Assembly: GCF_001194135.2 (NCBI RefSeq)
Contig: NC_068982.1
Location: 66,486,022 to 66,520,613 of the forward strand
Source: Octopus bimaculoides
Taxonomy: Eukaryota
Direction of reading: 5' to 3'
DNA: 34,592 bases
A program made the translations under genes and the position numbers. Shown in pieces: positions 20,675-31,408 of the stretch. Positions within the stretch are counted from its first letter, which is position 1; the number at the start of each line of letters is the position of its first letter. A model generated the notes under the pieces. It was given only the letters and a program-made list of their open reading frames with translations, had not been told where the DNA came from and made no database searches.

Positions 20675-21875
20675 AATTAATTTTAAAATAATTTGTATTC
20701 TGAGAGAATTACTCTGGTTATAGAAATATAAATCGTAAAATATTAATATGCATGTGAGCTGCAAGGAAATATGGGTCCTAGTTGTTTGTAGTACTAATCA
20801 TTGGTAACTGATATTCTACTGAATGAGATTTAACTCTGGTCTTACCATTAATAATAGATTGGCACCGTTGATAGCTTCTCGATATTTCTGGTGAGTCGCC
20901 AAAATACGTCCTTTCTCGAAAGGTCGAAATTTCGACCTTGACAATTGCCCAAACACTCCACGTCTTCGAAGTGCTTCTGGTAAAGAACCATCCTCAGGGA
21001 GTCGTATCATCTGGTCTCTTTTGTCCAACAACTGACTGTAAAATTAGTTAAGATATAATAATGATTGATTCTTCAAACAAACATTTGAGGATGAGTGTTA
21101 ATATATTTTACCATCACTTATCATTCACCATTTGATTTCTCTCGTTTATCTGTGCAGTTAACAAGGTAGCTTTGCAACCACCTGATTTTAGGTTCAGTCT
21201 CACGGCGCAGCAATTTGGGTAAGAGTCCTCAACTATAGCCTAGGCTGATTAATGTCTAGTGAGCAAATTTGGCAGGTAAGAACGTAGAAGCTTAAAGAAG
21301 CTCGTCACGCATGTGTGTACACACACACACACACACACGTGTATGTATGTATGTATGTATGTATGTATGTATGTATGTGTGTATGTACTTTATGGTTTAG
21401 CCTTGGCAAAGCGAGACTAAAAACCAATTGTTAAAAGACAATATACTTGTTCTTTAGAGAAAAGTGCCAGCTGAGTACAGAGCGTAGTATGAATTAATGA
21501 ATGGCAAAAGAATAGAAGTCACGTTATCAATTTCATTAGCTTACATCTGTTTCTATTATAAGAAACGTTGCACTCAAATTTGAGTGCCCGTGCGACCCCT
21601 TATTATTTGATCAGAGCCATTTTAATGAAGTGTATGTTTATTGCGGAAAGCAATATATGTGTGTGCGTATCTTTGTGTTAGTTTTCACTCCATTTGATAA
21701 CCAGTGTTGGTTTGTTCACGACCCCGCCAATAGGCGATTCAGCAACTAAGAGTGATAGAATAAGTACTACATTTAAAAAAAAGAATTAATGCTGGAGGTC
21801 GATTTGTCTGATTAACACTTTTTAGGAGGTGTCCTAGTATGGTCGCAGTCAAATGATTGAAACAAGTAAAAGAAT
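20315..21875. mobile_element. SINE copies: family D 20315-20480 and 21695-21875 (opposite orientation); family B 20505-20640 (-) and 21160-21310 (+)
   Basis: CTTGTTTCAGTCAT...GC.G..CATGCTGG.GCACC motif and its reverse complement; AAATCCACTCACAAGGCTTTGGTC. Confidence 0.6.
20846..21035 (-). CDS. CAP/SCP (CRISP/GLIPR-like) gene, most 5' exon identified: pro-region and start of CAP domain
   Basis: Acceptor ctaattttacAG, donor ATG|GTAAGA; 190 nt. Translates QLLDKRDQMIRLPEDGSLPEALRRRGVFGQLSRSKFRPFEKGRILATHQKYREAINGANLLLM. The end matches the CAP motif IL..HN.yR..v..aNM..m. An alternative AG 4 nt downstream (start 21031) is possible. Confidence 0.85.
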
Positions 21876-22009
21876 AAAAGTATATGTTAATTATTCATTT
21901 AATTTAACTCATCTGATTTTTAAAATTTATTTTACTTTTCTTTATCCTGGCATTATAAGGATGACTGTGAGGAGCTGAAACTGGCAAAAAATGGCTGCAT
22001 AATTGTTTT

Positions 22010-22215
22010 AAATTTTGACTCAAGGACAGCAAATTTATGAAGACCGGGGTTTGTCGATTACATGAAACTCAGTACTTGACTGGCATTTATTTTATTAACA
22101 CTGAAGGGATGTAAAGCAAAGTCGACCTCGATGGAAGTTCAGCTCAGAACGTAAAGTACTGGAAGAAGTGCTTCTAAGCATTTTGTCCGACTCTCTAACG
22201 TTTCTGCCAGCTCAT
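22010..22215 (-). mobile_element. SINE family A copy
   Basis: GCAAAGTCGACCTCG...AGCTCAGAACGTAAAG...CTAACGTTTCTGCCAGCTC, the reverse of the family head and body. Confidence 0.75.
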
Positions 22216-22384
22216 TACCTCTAGGTAGGTGTATTGCAAAAATCGATTTTACTTGGAACTGCACGCATATTGCGTAAAGTACTATCTGTCTGAAGCCCTT
22301 GTGACTTGGCAGACAGTACAAACCCCCAGTAGACAATGTTTTCAATCTACATCGTCATAATATTGGAGACTGTGCGTCGTCTTC

Positions 22385-22489
22385 AATGATAATAATAATA
22401 ACAATAATAACAACAACAGCAACAATAATAATAACAATAATAATAACAACAATAATAATAACAACAACAATAACAACAACAATTGCAGC

Positions 22490-22542
<53 letters not shown>
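22385..22542. repeat. (AAT)n/(AAC)n microsatellite
   Basis: Directly visible; immediately 5' of the R4/Dong RT fragment. Confidence 0.95.
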
Positions 22543-23168
22543 GGATTTCATCAGCAAAAAAGATGGGCAACTGGAAGGCTTCGGGACCTGATGGAGTTCA
22601 AGGCTACTGGATCAAAAGATTTGGTGAATGTCATGCACGAATAGCTGCGCGACTCAACACCTTGTTAAATGCCGACCAAGTAACACCAGAGTGGTTGACA
22701 TTGGGTAGGACAGTACTGCACTTGAAAAGCATTGAAAAAGGCAATACGGTAGACAATTACAGGCCGATATCCTGTTTGCCACTTATGTGGAAATTATCGA
22801 CTGGAATACTCGCAGAGTCAGTGTACGTGCATCTGGGAAAAAAATGGAATCCTGCCACATGAGCAGAAGGTTTGCAAGTGTAAGTGCAGAGGTACCAAGG
22901 ATCAACTGTACTTAGAGACTGCAAGAGGAGGAAAAGTAACTTAGCCATGTAATGGATCGACTATCGTAAGGTGTACGATATGATCCCACTTTCTTGGATT
23001 ATGGAATGTATGAACCTATTTGGTATAGTATTGAATGTTGAGCGATTGCTTGGAAAAAGTATGGCGAATTGGAGGACTGACCTGACAGCATACGTAAGAA
23101 GTTTAGAGACAGTAGAAATCAGGAGGGGCATCTTCCGAGAGGACTGCCTCTCCCCACTGATCTTCGTT
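22543..23168 (+). mobile_element. Decayed R4/Dong-clade reverse transcriptase fragment
   Basis: NWKASGPDGVQGYW, NYRPISCLPLMWKL, EQK...GTKDQL, WIDYRKVYDMIPLSWI, RGIFREDCLSPLIFV. Contains a frameshift, a deletion and a stop. Starts right after the (AAT/AAC)n array and is cut by a SINE at the 3' end. Confidence 0.9.
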
Positions 23169-23171
23169 TAT

Positions 23172-23345
23172 TGGAGGGGATTAAGTCGATTACATCGAAC
23201 CCAGTGCATAACTGGTATTTTTACCACCTCCGAAAAGATGAAAGGCAAAGTCAGCCTCGGTGGAATTTGAAGTCAGAACATGAAGACGGACGAAATGCTG
23301 CTAAACATTTCGGCTGGCGCACTAACAATTCTGTTAGCTCACTGC
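23172..23345 (-). mobile_element. SINE family A copy truncating the R4/Dong RT fragment
   Basis: AAGATGAAAGGCAAAGTCAGCCTCGGTGGAATTTGAAGTCAGAAC. Confidence 0.75.
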
Positions 23346-24055
23346 CCCATTAATAATAATAATAATAATAATAAAAATAATAATAATAATAAAAAACAAC
23401 CCATGGTGTACACGTTTTATTATCAATTAGTAAGAGTAGAAGGGGCACCCTCAGTGGCTTTTGTAGATCGTCCTATTCTGAAATGATAATACGACTACTA
23501 ATATTAAAGAGACGCTATCATTTACTAAACAACTACGATATCGATTACATCACTCAAGAGTTTACAATAAACACAAACAACAAAGGAAGATAAATACATT
23601 ATTTTGACAGCGACTATTTTGGCGAAGCGTAAACGATTACAGCAGAGACAGCGGGAAGGGTAAATGTCTTTTAGGATACTCGATATTATGTTGAAATATC
23701 ATATGGCAAAGATCTTGCATAGAAGTAGGTTAAAAGAAGAAGACAAACACATTTGAATACACTCCATGACAAAACATAGTGAATGACTTTCTAACGGGTT
23801 CGAATCTGAACTGGGGACGAGTTTGTATGTGTGTGTGTGTGCACGCGTGTTAGGATAATATAACACGAGGATGGAAAATACCAGGCTTTAATAGTAAATC
23901 GCGCCATTTGTTTCTGCACCGGACCGCAGCTTTAAGTTGCTCAGTTTACATTTATATTTCATTGTATACGATGATTCTTTAGACTTATGTTATTGAATAT
24001 TTTCAGCAACAGTTGTGTGGGTGCTTCCTCAGGTGGAATGCCATCAAGCACTATT

Positions 24056-24093
<38 letters not shown>

Positions 24094-24391
24094 GCATCAG
24101 ACATAATGCAGATACATCTATCACCGAAAGGCAAATTAACCGCAGTATTCATCCGGAGGTAGTCTGTCTTATATACGTGCTGTGTTTAAAACGCAAGAAT
24201 ATATCAATAGCAGACCAAAATCGTCTAGCAGAGGCGTAAAAATGCTCGACGCGCTTTTCTGCATCATTGAGCTTTGCCATTAGCATGTACTCAATGACAA
24301 CCTCATGCTGAGACAAAATCTATCGCTGTATGTATGTATGTATTTATTACATATATTGTCTATATTATAAATGTATATTATAATTATTATA

Positions 24392-24784
24392 TGAAAACTC
24401 ACAACTAATTTTGCTGGGTATTTTGGAAAGTGTCAGCTGTCCACAGCCAGCAGACTAAAGTGACACTTGTTTACTGTTCATGCTTCAAGAACCCTGCGAA
24501 GAATTCTTGCAGTTCCAAGAAATTCTGATTTTTGTAGGTGTTCTACCTTCACACTTGGACCGATCTTTTTCAGCCATGTTGGTAGTTGAGTACTGATACT
24601 TCCAGGTGCACCAATTACTATTGGTATCATGTCTACTCTCTTCATTGACCACAACTTATCGTATTTCCCATTTCAAATTGTCATAGTTATTTATTTTTTT
24701 CTTCTTTCACATTGATCCTGCTGTGATCGGGGCACGCTATGTCGATTATCATACATGTTCTTTCTTTATTATTCACCACAACAA

Positions 24785-24786
<2 letters not shown>
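24392..24786 (-). mobile_element. 5'-truncated R4/Dong-clade element 3' end (RLE C-terminus and 3' UTR) in an (AAT)n context
   Basis: Minus strand reads, across small indels, TCMIIDIACP...NNYDNLKWEIR*LWSMKRVDMIPIVIGAPG...HLQKSEFLGTARILRRVLEA* (stop 24480-24478). (TTA)n lies at 24787-24835 and a short AAT-like tail at the 3' end. Confidence 0.85.
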
Positions 24787-24835
<49 letters not shown>

Positions 24836-25008
24836 CAATTATATTACATTACATTTCCATAACGGCCAATTTACAAATCGGTTTCATAGTAAGAGCTGAG
24901 AGGGAAAAAAAACGAAAAGTAAAAAAATCGATTGTCATCAGAGAATGCTGAAAGAAATGGTTTACCATGGTCTTTTTTGCCATTGGAGATTTGAAAAAAA
25001 AAAAAAGA

Positions 25009-25946
25009 NNNNNNNNNNNNNNNNNNNNNNNNNNNNNNNNNNNNNNNNNNNNNNNNNNNNNNNNNNNNNNNNNNNNNNNNNNNNNNNNNNNNNNNNNNNN
25101 NNNNNNNNNNNNNNNNNNNNNNNNNNNNNNNNNNNNNNNNNNNNNNNNNNNNNNNNNNNNNNNNNNNNNNNNNNNNNNNNNNNNNNNNNNNNNNNNNNNN
25201 NNNNNNNNNNNNNNNNNNNNNNNNNNNNNNNNNNNNNNNNNNNNNNNNNNNNNNNNNNNNNNNNNNNNNNNNNNNNNNNNNNNNNNNNNNNNNNNNNNNN
25301 NNNNNNNNNNNNNNNNNNNNNNNNNNNNNNNNNNNNNNNNNNNNNNNNNNNNNNNNNNNNNNNNNNNNNNNNNNNNNNNNNNNNNNNNNNNNNNNNNNNN
25401 NNNNNNNNNNNNNNNNNNNNNNNNNNNNNNNNNNNNNNNNNNNNNNNNNNNNNNNNNNNNNNNNNNNNNNNNNNNNNNNNNNNNNNNNNNNNNNNNNNNN
25501 NNNNNNNNNNNNNNNNNNNNNNNNNNNNNNNNNNNNNNNNNNNNNNNNNNNNNNNNNNNNNNNNNNNNNNNNNNNNNNNNNNNNNNNNNNNNNNNNNNNN
25601 NNNNNNNNNNNNNNNNNNNNNNNNNNNNNNNNNNNNNNNNNNNNNNNNNNNNNNNNNNNNNNNNNNNNNNNNNNNNNNNNNNNNNNNNNNNNNNNNNNNN
25701 NNNNNNNNNNNNNNNNNNNNNNNNNNNNNNNNNNNNNNNNNNNNNNNNNNNNNNNNNNNNNNNNNNNNNNNNNNNNNNNNNNNNNNNNNNNNNNNNNNNN
25801 NNNNNNNNNNNNNNNNNNNNNNNNNNNNNNNNNNNNNNNNNNNNNNNNNNNNNNNNNNNNNNNNNNNNNNNNNNNNNNNNNNNNNNNNNNNNNNNNNNNN
25901 NNNNNNNNNNNNNNNNNNNNNNNNNNNNNNNNNNNNNNNNNNNNNN
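25009..25946. other. Assembly gap (could hide an upstream exon of the CAP gene)
   Basis: N run between poly-A and (GA)n. Confidence 1.
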
Positions 25947-25998
<52 letters not shown>

Positions 25999-26326
25999 TA
26001 AAACAATGTTGTTTGAGATGAACTAGATACAGGAAGTCCTGTCAAGGTCATTGAATTAGGGCGGTTTTTAAGAAGAGGTAAAAAGCAAAAGAGAATGTAG
26101 GAGGAGGAGGTGGAAAAAAGAGGCTGTTAAACTGTCTGAATTTTCTCAACTGTAATTACTTCGGTCTTTTACTTACTGACATTTTCAACTGATTAACTAA
26201 TTTGAATTAATTTCAAGTCAGTCTTTTAGAAGTTTAATTTGGTCAAAAATAGAATGTTTCTTGAAAACCGCGTACATTATCCATTCATAGGGGTTTTGAA
26301 TTCATAATACTTTACGAATTTTTATC

Positions 26327-27260
26327 ATACTAGACTACCCATGACCCGTTGGGTCACCGGGAAAGTCTGAGTTTCCTAGCAACGGAGTTTTGTTCCGTGA
26401 GTTTTTTTTCTTTTCCAGGTTATTTCGCAGGTTTTCAACAAATGTAAAATCGAAATCACGCGTAAACGGTTCCTTTTCCCAGAAAAGGAAAGATTTGGTT
26501 GCTATTTTTTTGTATGCCCTGCTACCACGTAACAGGTATTTCAGGTCATTTATCTCAAATAGCAGTTTCGTGGTAGCAGGGCGTGCTAGAAATAGCCGCC
26601 AAATCTTTGGAGGTGAGATACGTTGAATGCATTCGAAAAAAAAAAAAACTATGGAAAATAATTTTTTCACAACGAGGTTACGAATGGGTCTTTTACGAAA
26701 TATTTATCGTGTTTTAAAAGTCATTTTTACTTTAAAATTTTTTTAAATATGCAAAAAAAAACTTTTTGTAATGGTATTCACTTGAAAATAATTTTTAAAA
26801 AAACATTAAAATATTGTCTGTTCAAAGAAAGCTAAAATATAAGTACTTACTGTACAAACAACTTACATTTTTGAAATCTCATTCACTTAAAAATATTTAC
26901 AAATGATTAAAATATTGTGTTTAACAAAAGCGAAAATGGAAACATTTTCTATTAAAAACAAATCGTATTTTTTTTCGTTGTCAAGTGATTGTGTTTAATC
27001 GAAAGGTAAAAGTTTCTTCCCTTTCAGGGTTAAGCTATTTCCGGAATATTTTCCCATTATGCACCGTTTTGAGTATTTATTAAACCCCTAATATCTCAAC
27101 AACCACTTGTCCGATTTACGCGAAACTTGTTTTATTCCGTTCATATTCACATTTCATGGGCAACTTAATTCATGGTATTTTCCCATTATGCGCCAGTTTG
27201 GCTGGGTAACATTGCAAGCAAGCAAGATTCAAACTCACTTTTAATGTATTACAGATAGAT
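26327..27260 (+). mobile_element. Possible non-autonomous Helitron/Helentron-like element
   Basis: Starts ATACTAGAC with the hairpin TGACCC-gtt-GGGTCA (26342-26356), contains CCGATTTACGCGAAACTTG, and ends ...TATTACAGATAGAT. Resemblance is to the general termini of such elements only. Confidence 0.3.
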
Positions 27261-27269
27261 TAACTGCTA

Positions 27270-28470
27270 AGTGGGCTGTGAGGTAGCAGAACCGTTAGAA
27301 CAACAGAAAAAAATGTCTTACGTTCTGTGTTCAAAACCCACCGTGTTAGCATTGCTGTTATTCATCCTTTCAAGGTCTATAAAATATAGTATCAGTCAAG
27401 TATAGGAGCCGAAGTATCGACTTACTCAATTTCCTCAAATTTGCAGGCCTTTTGCCTGAATCAGAAATTATAATTAACATGCAGCAACCAGTAACTTATA
27501 GATCCCGGTGTTTCTGCTCTGTCACTTTGAATAGCTCTACATCATCTGCTAACAAGTTGCGCACCATCTCCACTTGAACTTACCAACATCAGGGAACTAA
27601 CTATAAGAAGGAATTTAACCAATATAGGGCTTTCAAGGCCTGGAGAGCTAAGGAGGAGTCCATGAATATTTCACGGAGCCTACTCTAAACCTCCCTCCCG
27701 CCACTAAAAAAAACTCAGAGCCCACTTAAATTTTGAAAAGAACTCTTCACCCTGTTGGTGGGTGCCTCATAAGCGTGTATATTGAGCCCTACCCAATATA
27801 CACACCTCTTCTCTACATTATCCCTCTCGTTCCTCACCACATCAAACTCTACACTAAACACTTATCTCGATTCATTTTACACGGTTCTACAACCGCGCTG
27901 GGACGTCCTCCCTGTCCATGTTATTTTACAGACAACATATACAATATATAAGCTGAGCATCAACTTCATCAATCACACTAGTATGGGTTCAAATTATTAT
28001 GACCGTGAGTGTTACCCTTTCTCTGAATAAGGATTTCTTATGTAACAACAAAACCAAAACTTTTGAGGGAGTTTATCGTCGATTGTATCGACCTCTTTAC
28101 TTGACTGGTATATATTACATTGATTACTGAAGATGAAAGGTAAAACCTATGGGATTTGAACTTAGAACGCAAAGGGATGTAACTAAACATCACAGACCCT
28201 TTTGCCCACTCCCTAACGATTCTGTCAGTCCACTGCACCTTCTCCGATTAAATGTTTCTAATTAAGTACAAGTCTAACAATTTTGAGTGAGATGGAAGCT
28301 TAGTCAACACCATCATTTTCCGTATTTGACTGGCACTTATTTTATCGACTCCAAAGGGATGAAAGGCAAAGTGAACCTCGGCAGAATTAGAATTCAGAAT
28401 GTAAAGAGCCGGAAGAAATATCGCAAAGAAGGTTTTTCCGACTTTAAAGATTCTGCCAGTTCGCTGCCTT
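27270..28470. mobile_element. SINE family A copies: 27270-27475 (+), 28045-28245 (-), 28262-28470 (-)
   Basis: Diverged matches to the same head, body and tail motifs. Confidence 0.65.
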
Positions 28471-29159
28471 CTTTTTCGATTAAATAACAATACAGATACT
28501 GAGGGTGATGATAAGATTGTCCATAGCATTTGTCTCAATCTATTGCTGACTTTTGGTGTTAAGACTATAACCTGTTGTATAAATATAATTTTCAATGAGT
28601 CATCTGCTTTTGATCTTGCTGTTGCAGTACAGAGGAGGAAGAATTTGGTTCTCTCTGACCATGTCAGTTTCGGAAAGTTTCAGTCTGTATTAAACCAACG
28701 TTAGTCTTTGTTGGTCTTCTTTGTTAGTTTTTGTTCAATGTATTCTCTTTTTATCTACCTTAGTCTTCCTTCAAATTGTTTGTCGTGGAGTGCAGCATCT
28801 AGTTGACAGTATGTTGTGTATATAACGTTTTGAGTTGTCTAGCCAGAATTCCATAGTTCGAGATAGAATGTGAAACTAACACCACCAACGCCGCAACCAC
28901 TATCACCATCACAATTACTGCTAAAGGCGTTATACGGAAATATGTAAAGTGGGAAATAGAAATTAGTAATATTCAAAGCATTTAACGAAGGCTTTTGTGA
29001 CACGAGTCAAAATGTTGCTACACTTCAATCAAAACTTATATCGCACGAACCAACAAGAAAGCTTCAACTTTGACAATCGACCGACAAGAGACAAGCAATC
29101 AATTCCCGTTTAAATCACAGCTTATAGAGTTAAATATAAAAATGGTAAATTAGACAATG

Positions 29160-29202
<43 letters not shown>

Positions 29203-29524
29203 AACATATGGGAGAGTCATGGTTGGGGTGTCTTTGATTATAAGTTTGCTGTTCGATCAAGATTGATCAGAGGTCATACCCGTCGCTAAGTGGGTGCACT
29301 GGATAGCACTCCCCCTTCACTATTCAATGGTGCGCAAAAATAAGGTTTACAAAAATTAGTGCCCACCCAGAATATTCTAAAGCATCCCCGGGCACTAAAG
29401 TCAGGCGACGGGACTATCAGAGGTTAAAAGACAACAACACGCAAACAACCATAATGTAGCAGATTTGGTTTACTTAGAACTCATCACCAACCAATGTACC
29501 AACAGTACTTATTGTAAACCTCAC

Positions 29525-29561
29525 CTCCTCTACGTACGAATCAACGAGTTCGTTGTATTTT
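29525..29561 (-). CDS. Candidate upstream 37-nt exon of the CAP gene (unconfirmed)
   Basis: Acceptor ctttgatttgtAG, donor GAG|GTGAGG. The only open frame gives KYNELVDSYVEE ending in phase 0, which would need the 21031 acceptor. No homology support. Confidence 0.22.
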
Positions 29562-30024
29562 CTACAAATCAAAGTTGGATTATTTTGTTAGTTTGCATTT
29601 GTTAAAACAAGGAGTAGATTTTCTGTAGTTGACTGGGTAAAATTCTCAATGACATAGCCCTGCTGAGATAACTTTTGTATTTTGTTTGTAAAGTAAATAT
29701 ATTCTTAGTTTAAGAGATTTTCCTAAACGTTTGCTTTAAAATCCTGACATCCGGTAAACAGGCGGCCACTACCAGCCAAAAGAAAGAGTAGCTGGGTGGT
29801 ATTGCGGTCGATTTGGATTAACTGTTGAAGGAAAATCGATATTAAAAGCAAATGAGATTTAAGTATCGCAAAATATGATCTATCATTGACCCTCAATAAC
29901 GGGTTCGATTCTCTTCATTAGTTCGTTTCAGTTATTTGGTTGAATGTTAGAAAAGTCATGAATATTACACGGTTCCACTTCTCCCATTCTACTAAGCGGC
30001 AAATTCATTATTAAACTGGTTTTA

Positions 30025-30223
30025 ATTTTTGGAACAAGGCCAGCAATTTCGGGAGAGGGGTGAGTTGATTACATCGACCTCAGTGCTCTACTGGTATTTA
30101 TTTTATCGACCTCGAAAGGGATGAAAGGCAAAGTCAACCTCGGCGGTATTTGAACTCAGAACGTGCAGACAGACGAAATGCCGCTAAGCGTTCTATTAAC
30201 GATTCTGTCAGTTCGCCGCCTTA
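30025..30223 (-). mobile_element. SINE family A copy, CpG-intact
   Basis: GATGAAAGGCAAAGTCAACCTCGGCGGTATTTGAACTCAGAACG...GTTCGCCGCCTT. Confidence 0.8.
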
Positions 30224-30402
30224 AAGTCATTATCAAATTAAAAATTAAATTGAGGCGGTGGACATAGCCGAGATCACAGAGCAGCAATGTAAATATTTTA
30301 TTAGTTGCAAACAGGATGGATACAGTTCTATATTTAAGATATGAGGAATTATGTACGTTATTTACATTTGACAGATATTTGTCCTCATCTAGTTTGTTGT
30401 TA

Positions 30403-30444
30403 ACACGTTTCGGCTGATATACCCTCCAGCCTTCATCAGGTGTC
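30403..30444 (-). ncRNA. Minimal type I hammerhead ribozyme motif in left pLTR (cleavage triplet deleted)
   Basis: Minus strand reads GACAC CTGATGA A GGCTG-gagggtatat-CAGCC GAAAC GTGT. Stems I and II and the core are intact; 3 nt are missing relative to the right copy (GAAAC GTT GTGT). Confidence 0.7.
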
Positions 30445-30656
30445 TTGGGGAAATTTCGCACCTGGGTTCTCATTCCTAAGGTATTTTTCGATGTTATTAT
30501 TATTATTGGAATCGAACTCGGAATCTTGGGGTTAGTAGTCCGCGCTCTTAACCGTGAGCAATTATGGAGTGAATTTTAGGGCCTATAAATCTAATATTTT
30601 CCTATCTTTCCTTAATACCGATTCCCATATGCTACTCATATCTGTACTCGGTCTGC

Positions 30657-31240
30657 ACTACGAAGAAGTGATCAAGCTCAATAACAATCTATTAAGCAAC
30701 AACTACCCCCAAAACATACTATCCACTCCAATTATGAAGAAAAGAGAGGATGAAACCAATAAACTGTCCACAATCTGTCTACTCTATGTAAAAGGCCTCT
30801 CCGAAAAGATACAAAAGATATGCGGCCCATATGACATCAGGACAGTATTCAAAAGTAATACAACACTTCGCAAATATCTCCTTCGAGTAAAACCACCAAT
30901 AGAAGAGAATATGACCAAAGATTGCATGTACTCCATCCCATGCAGCTGTGGTAGGTTAGACAAAGGCGAAATATGCCGTCCCCTAAAAATAAGGGTAGAC
31001 GAACATCGCAAAGCTGTGACACGGGGAAATATTGATAAATCGGGTATACCTGATCATGTATGGAAAAATGGAGACCACCTCCCCTTGTGGGATGAAGTTA
31101 AAATAATAGAGAACACCACTGGAAAATACGAAAACTAAAAGAAGCAGCACATATGCTAGGACACAACCTCCTAAGCAGACCGAATGTAGATATGAGTAGC
31201 TTATAGGAACCGGTATTAAGGAAGGATAGGAAAATATTAG
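30657..31240 (+). pseudogene. Penelope RT C-terminus plus GIY-YIG endonuclease remnant
   Basis: Translates LLSNNYPQN...LLYVKGLSEKIQKICGPYDIRTVFKSNTTLRKYLLRVK...MYSIPCSCGRLDKGEICRPLKIRVDEHRKAV...SGIPDHVW, then frameshifts to KLKEAAHMLG. The YIG motif has drifted to DKG. Confidence 0.88.
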
Positions 31241-31277
31241 ATTTATAATCCCTAAAATTCACTTTATAATTACCCAC

Positions 31278-31350
31278 GGGCATAAGGCGTAGTGGTTAAG
31301 AGTGCAGGCTACTAACCTCAAGATTGCTAGTTCGATCCCAAGCAGTGACC
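31278..31350 (+). other. tRNA-like Pol III module (A and B boxes) inside the PLE terminal repeat
   Basis: A-box-like TAGTGGTTAAG, anticodon-like loop CTACTAA, B-box-like AGTTCGATCCC. A partial inverted copy lies at ~30508-30553. Not a clean cloverleaf. Confidence 0.7.
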
Positions 31351-31375
31351 TGAATATTAATAACAACATCGAAGT

Positions 31376-31408
31376 CTGATGAAGGCTATATCAGCCGAAA
31401 CGTTGTGT
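31376..31408 (+). ncRNA. Minimal type I hammerhead ribozyme motif in right pLTR (stem I 5' strand deleted)
   Basis: CTGATGA A GGCT-atatc-AGCC GAAAC GTT GTGT. The upstream ACAC partner is lost by a deletion relative to the left copy. Confidence 0.7.

Noticed and set aside
21570-21587. Perfect 18-bp palindrome GCACTCAAATTTGAGTGC
   Set aside because: A 9-bp-arm palindrome has roughly a 1 in 10 chance of appearing in a window this size, and there is no supporting context.
23610-23658. Plus-strand AG...GT segment reading TILAKRKRLQQRQRE
   Set aside because: Isolated, outside the CpG-depleted domain, weak donor, no homology evidence.
26851-26882. ATG-starting mini exon MRFQKCKLFV with GTAAGT donor in the right phase for the CAP gene
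   Set aside because: No hydrophobic signal peptide, and it lies within an AT-rich repeat; likely chance.
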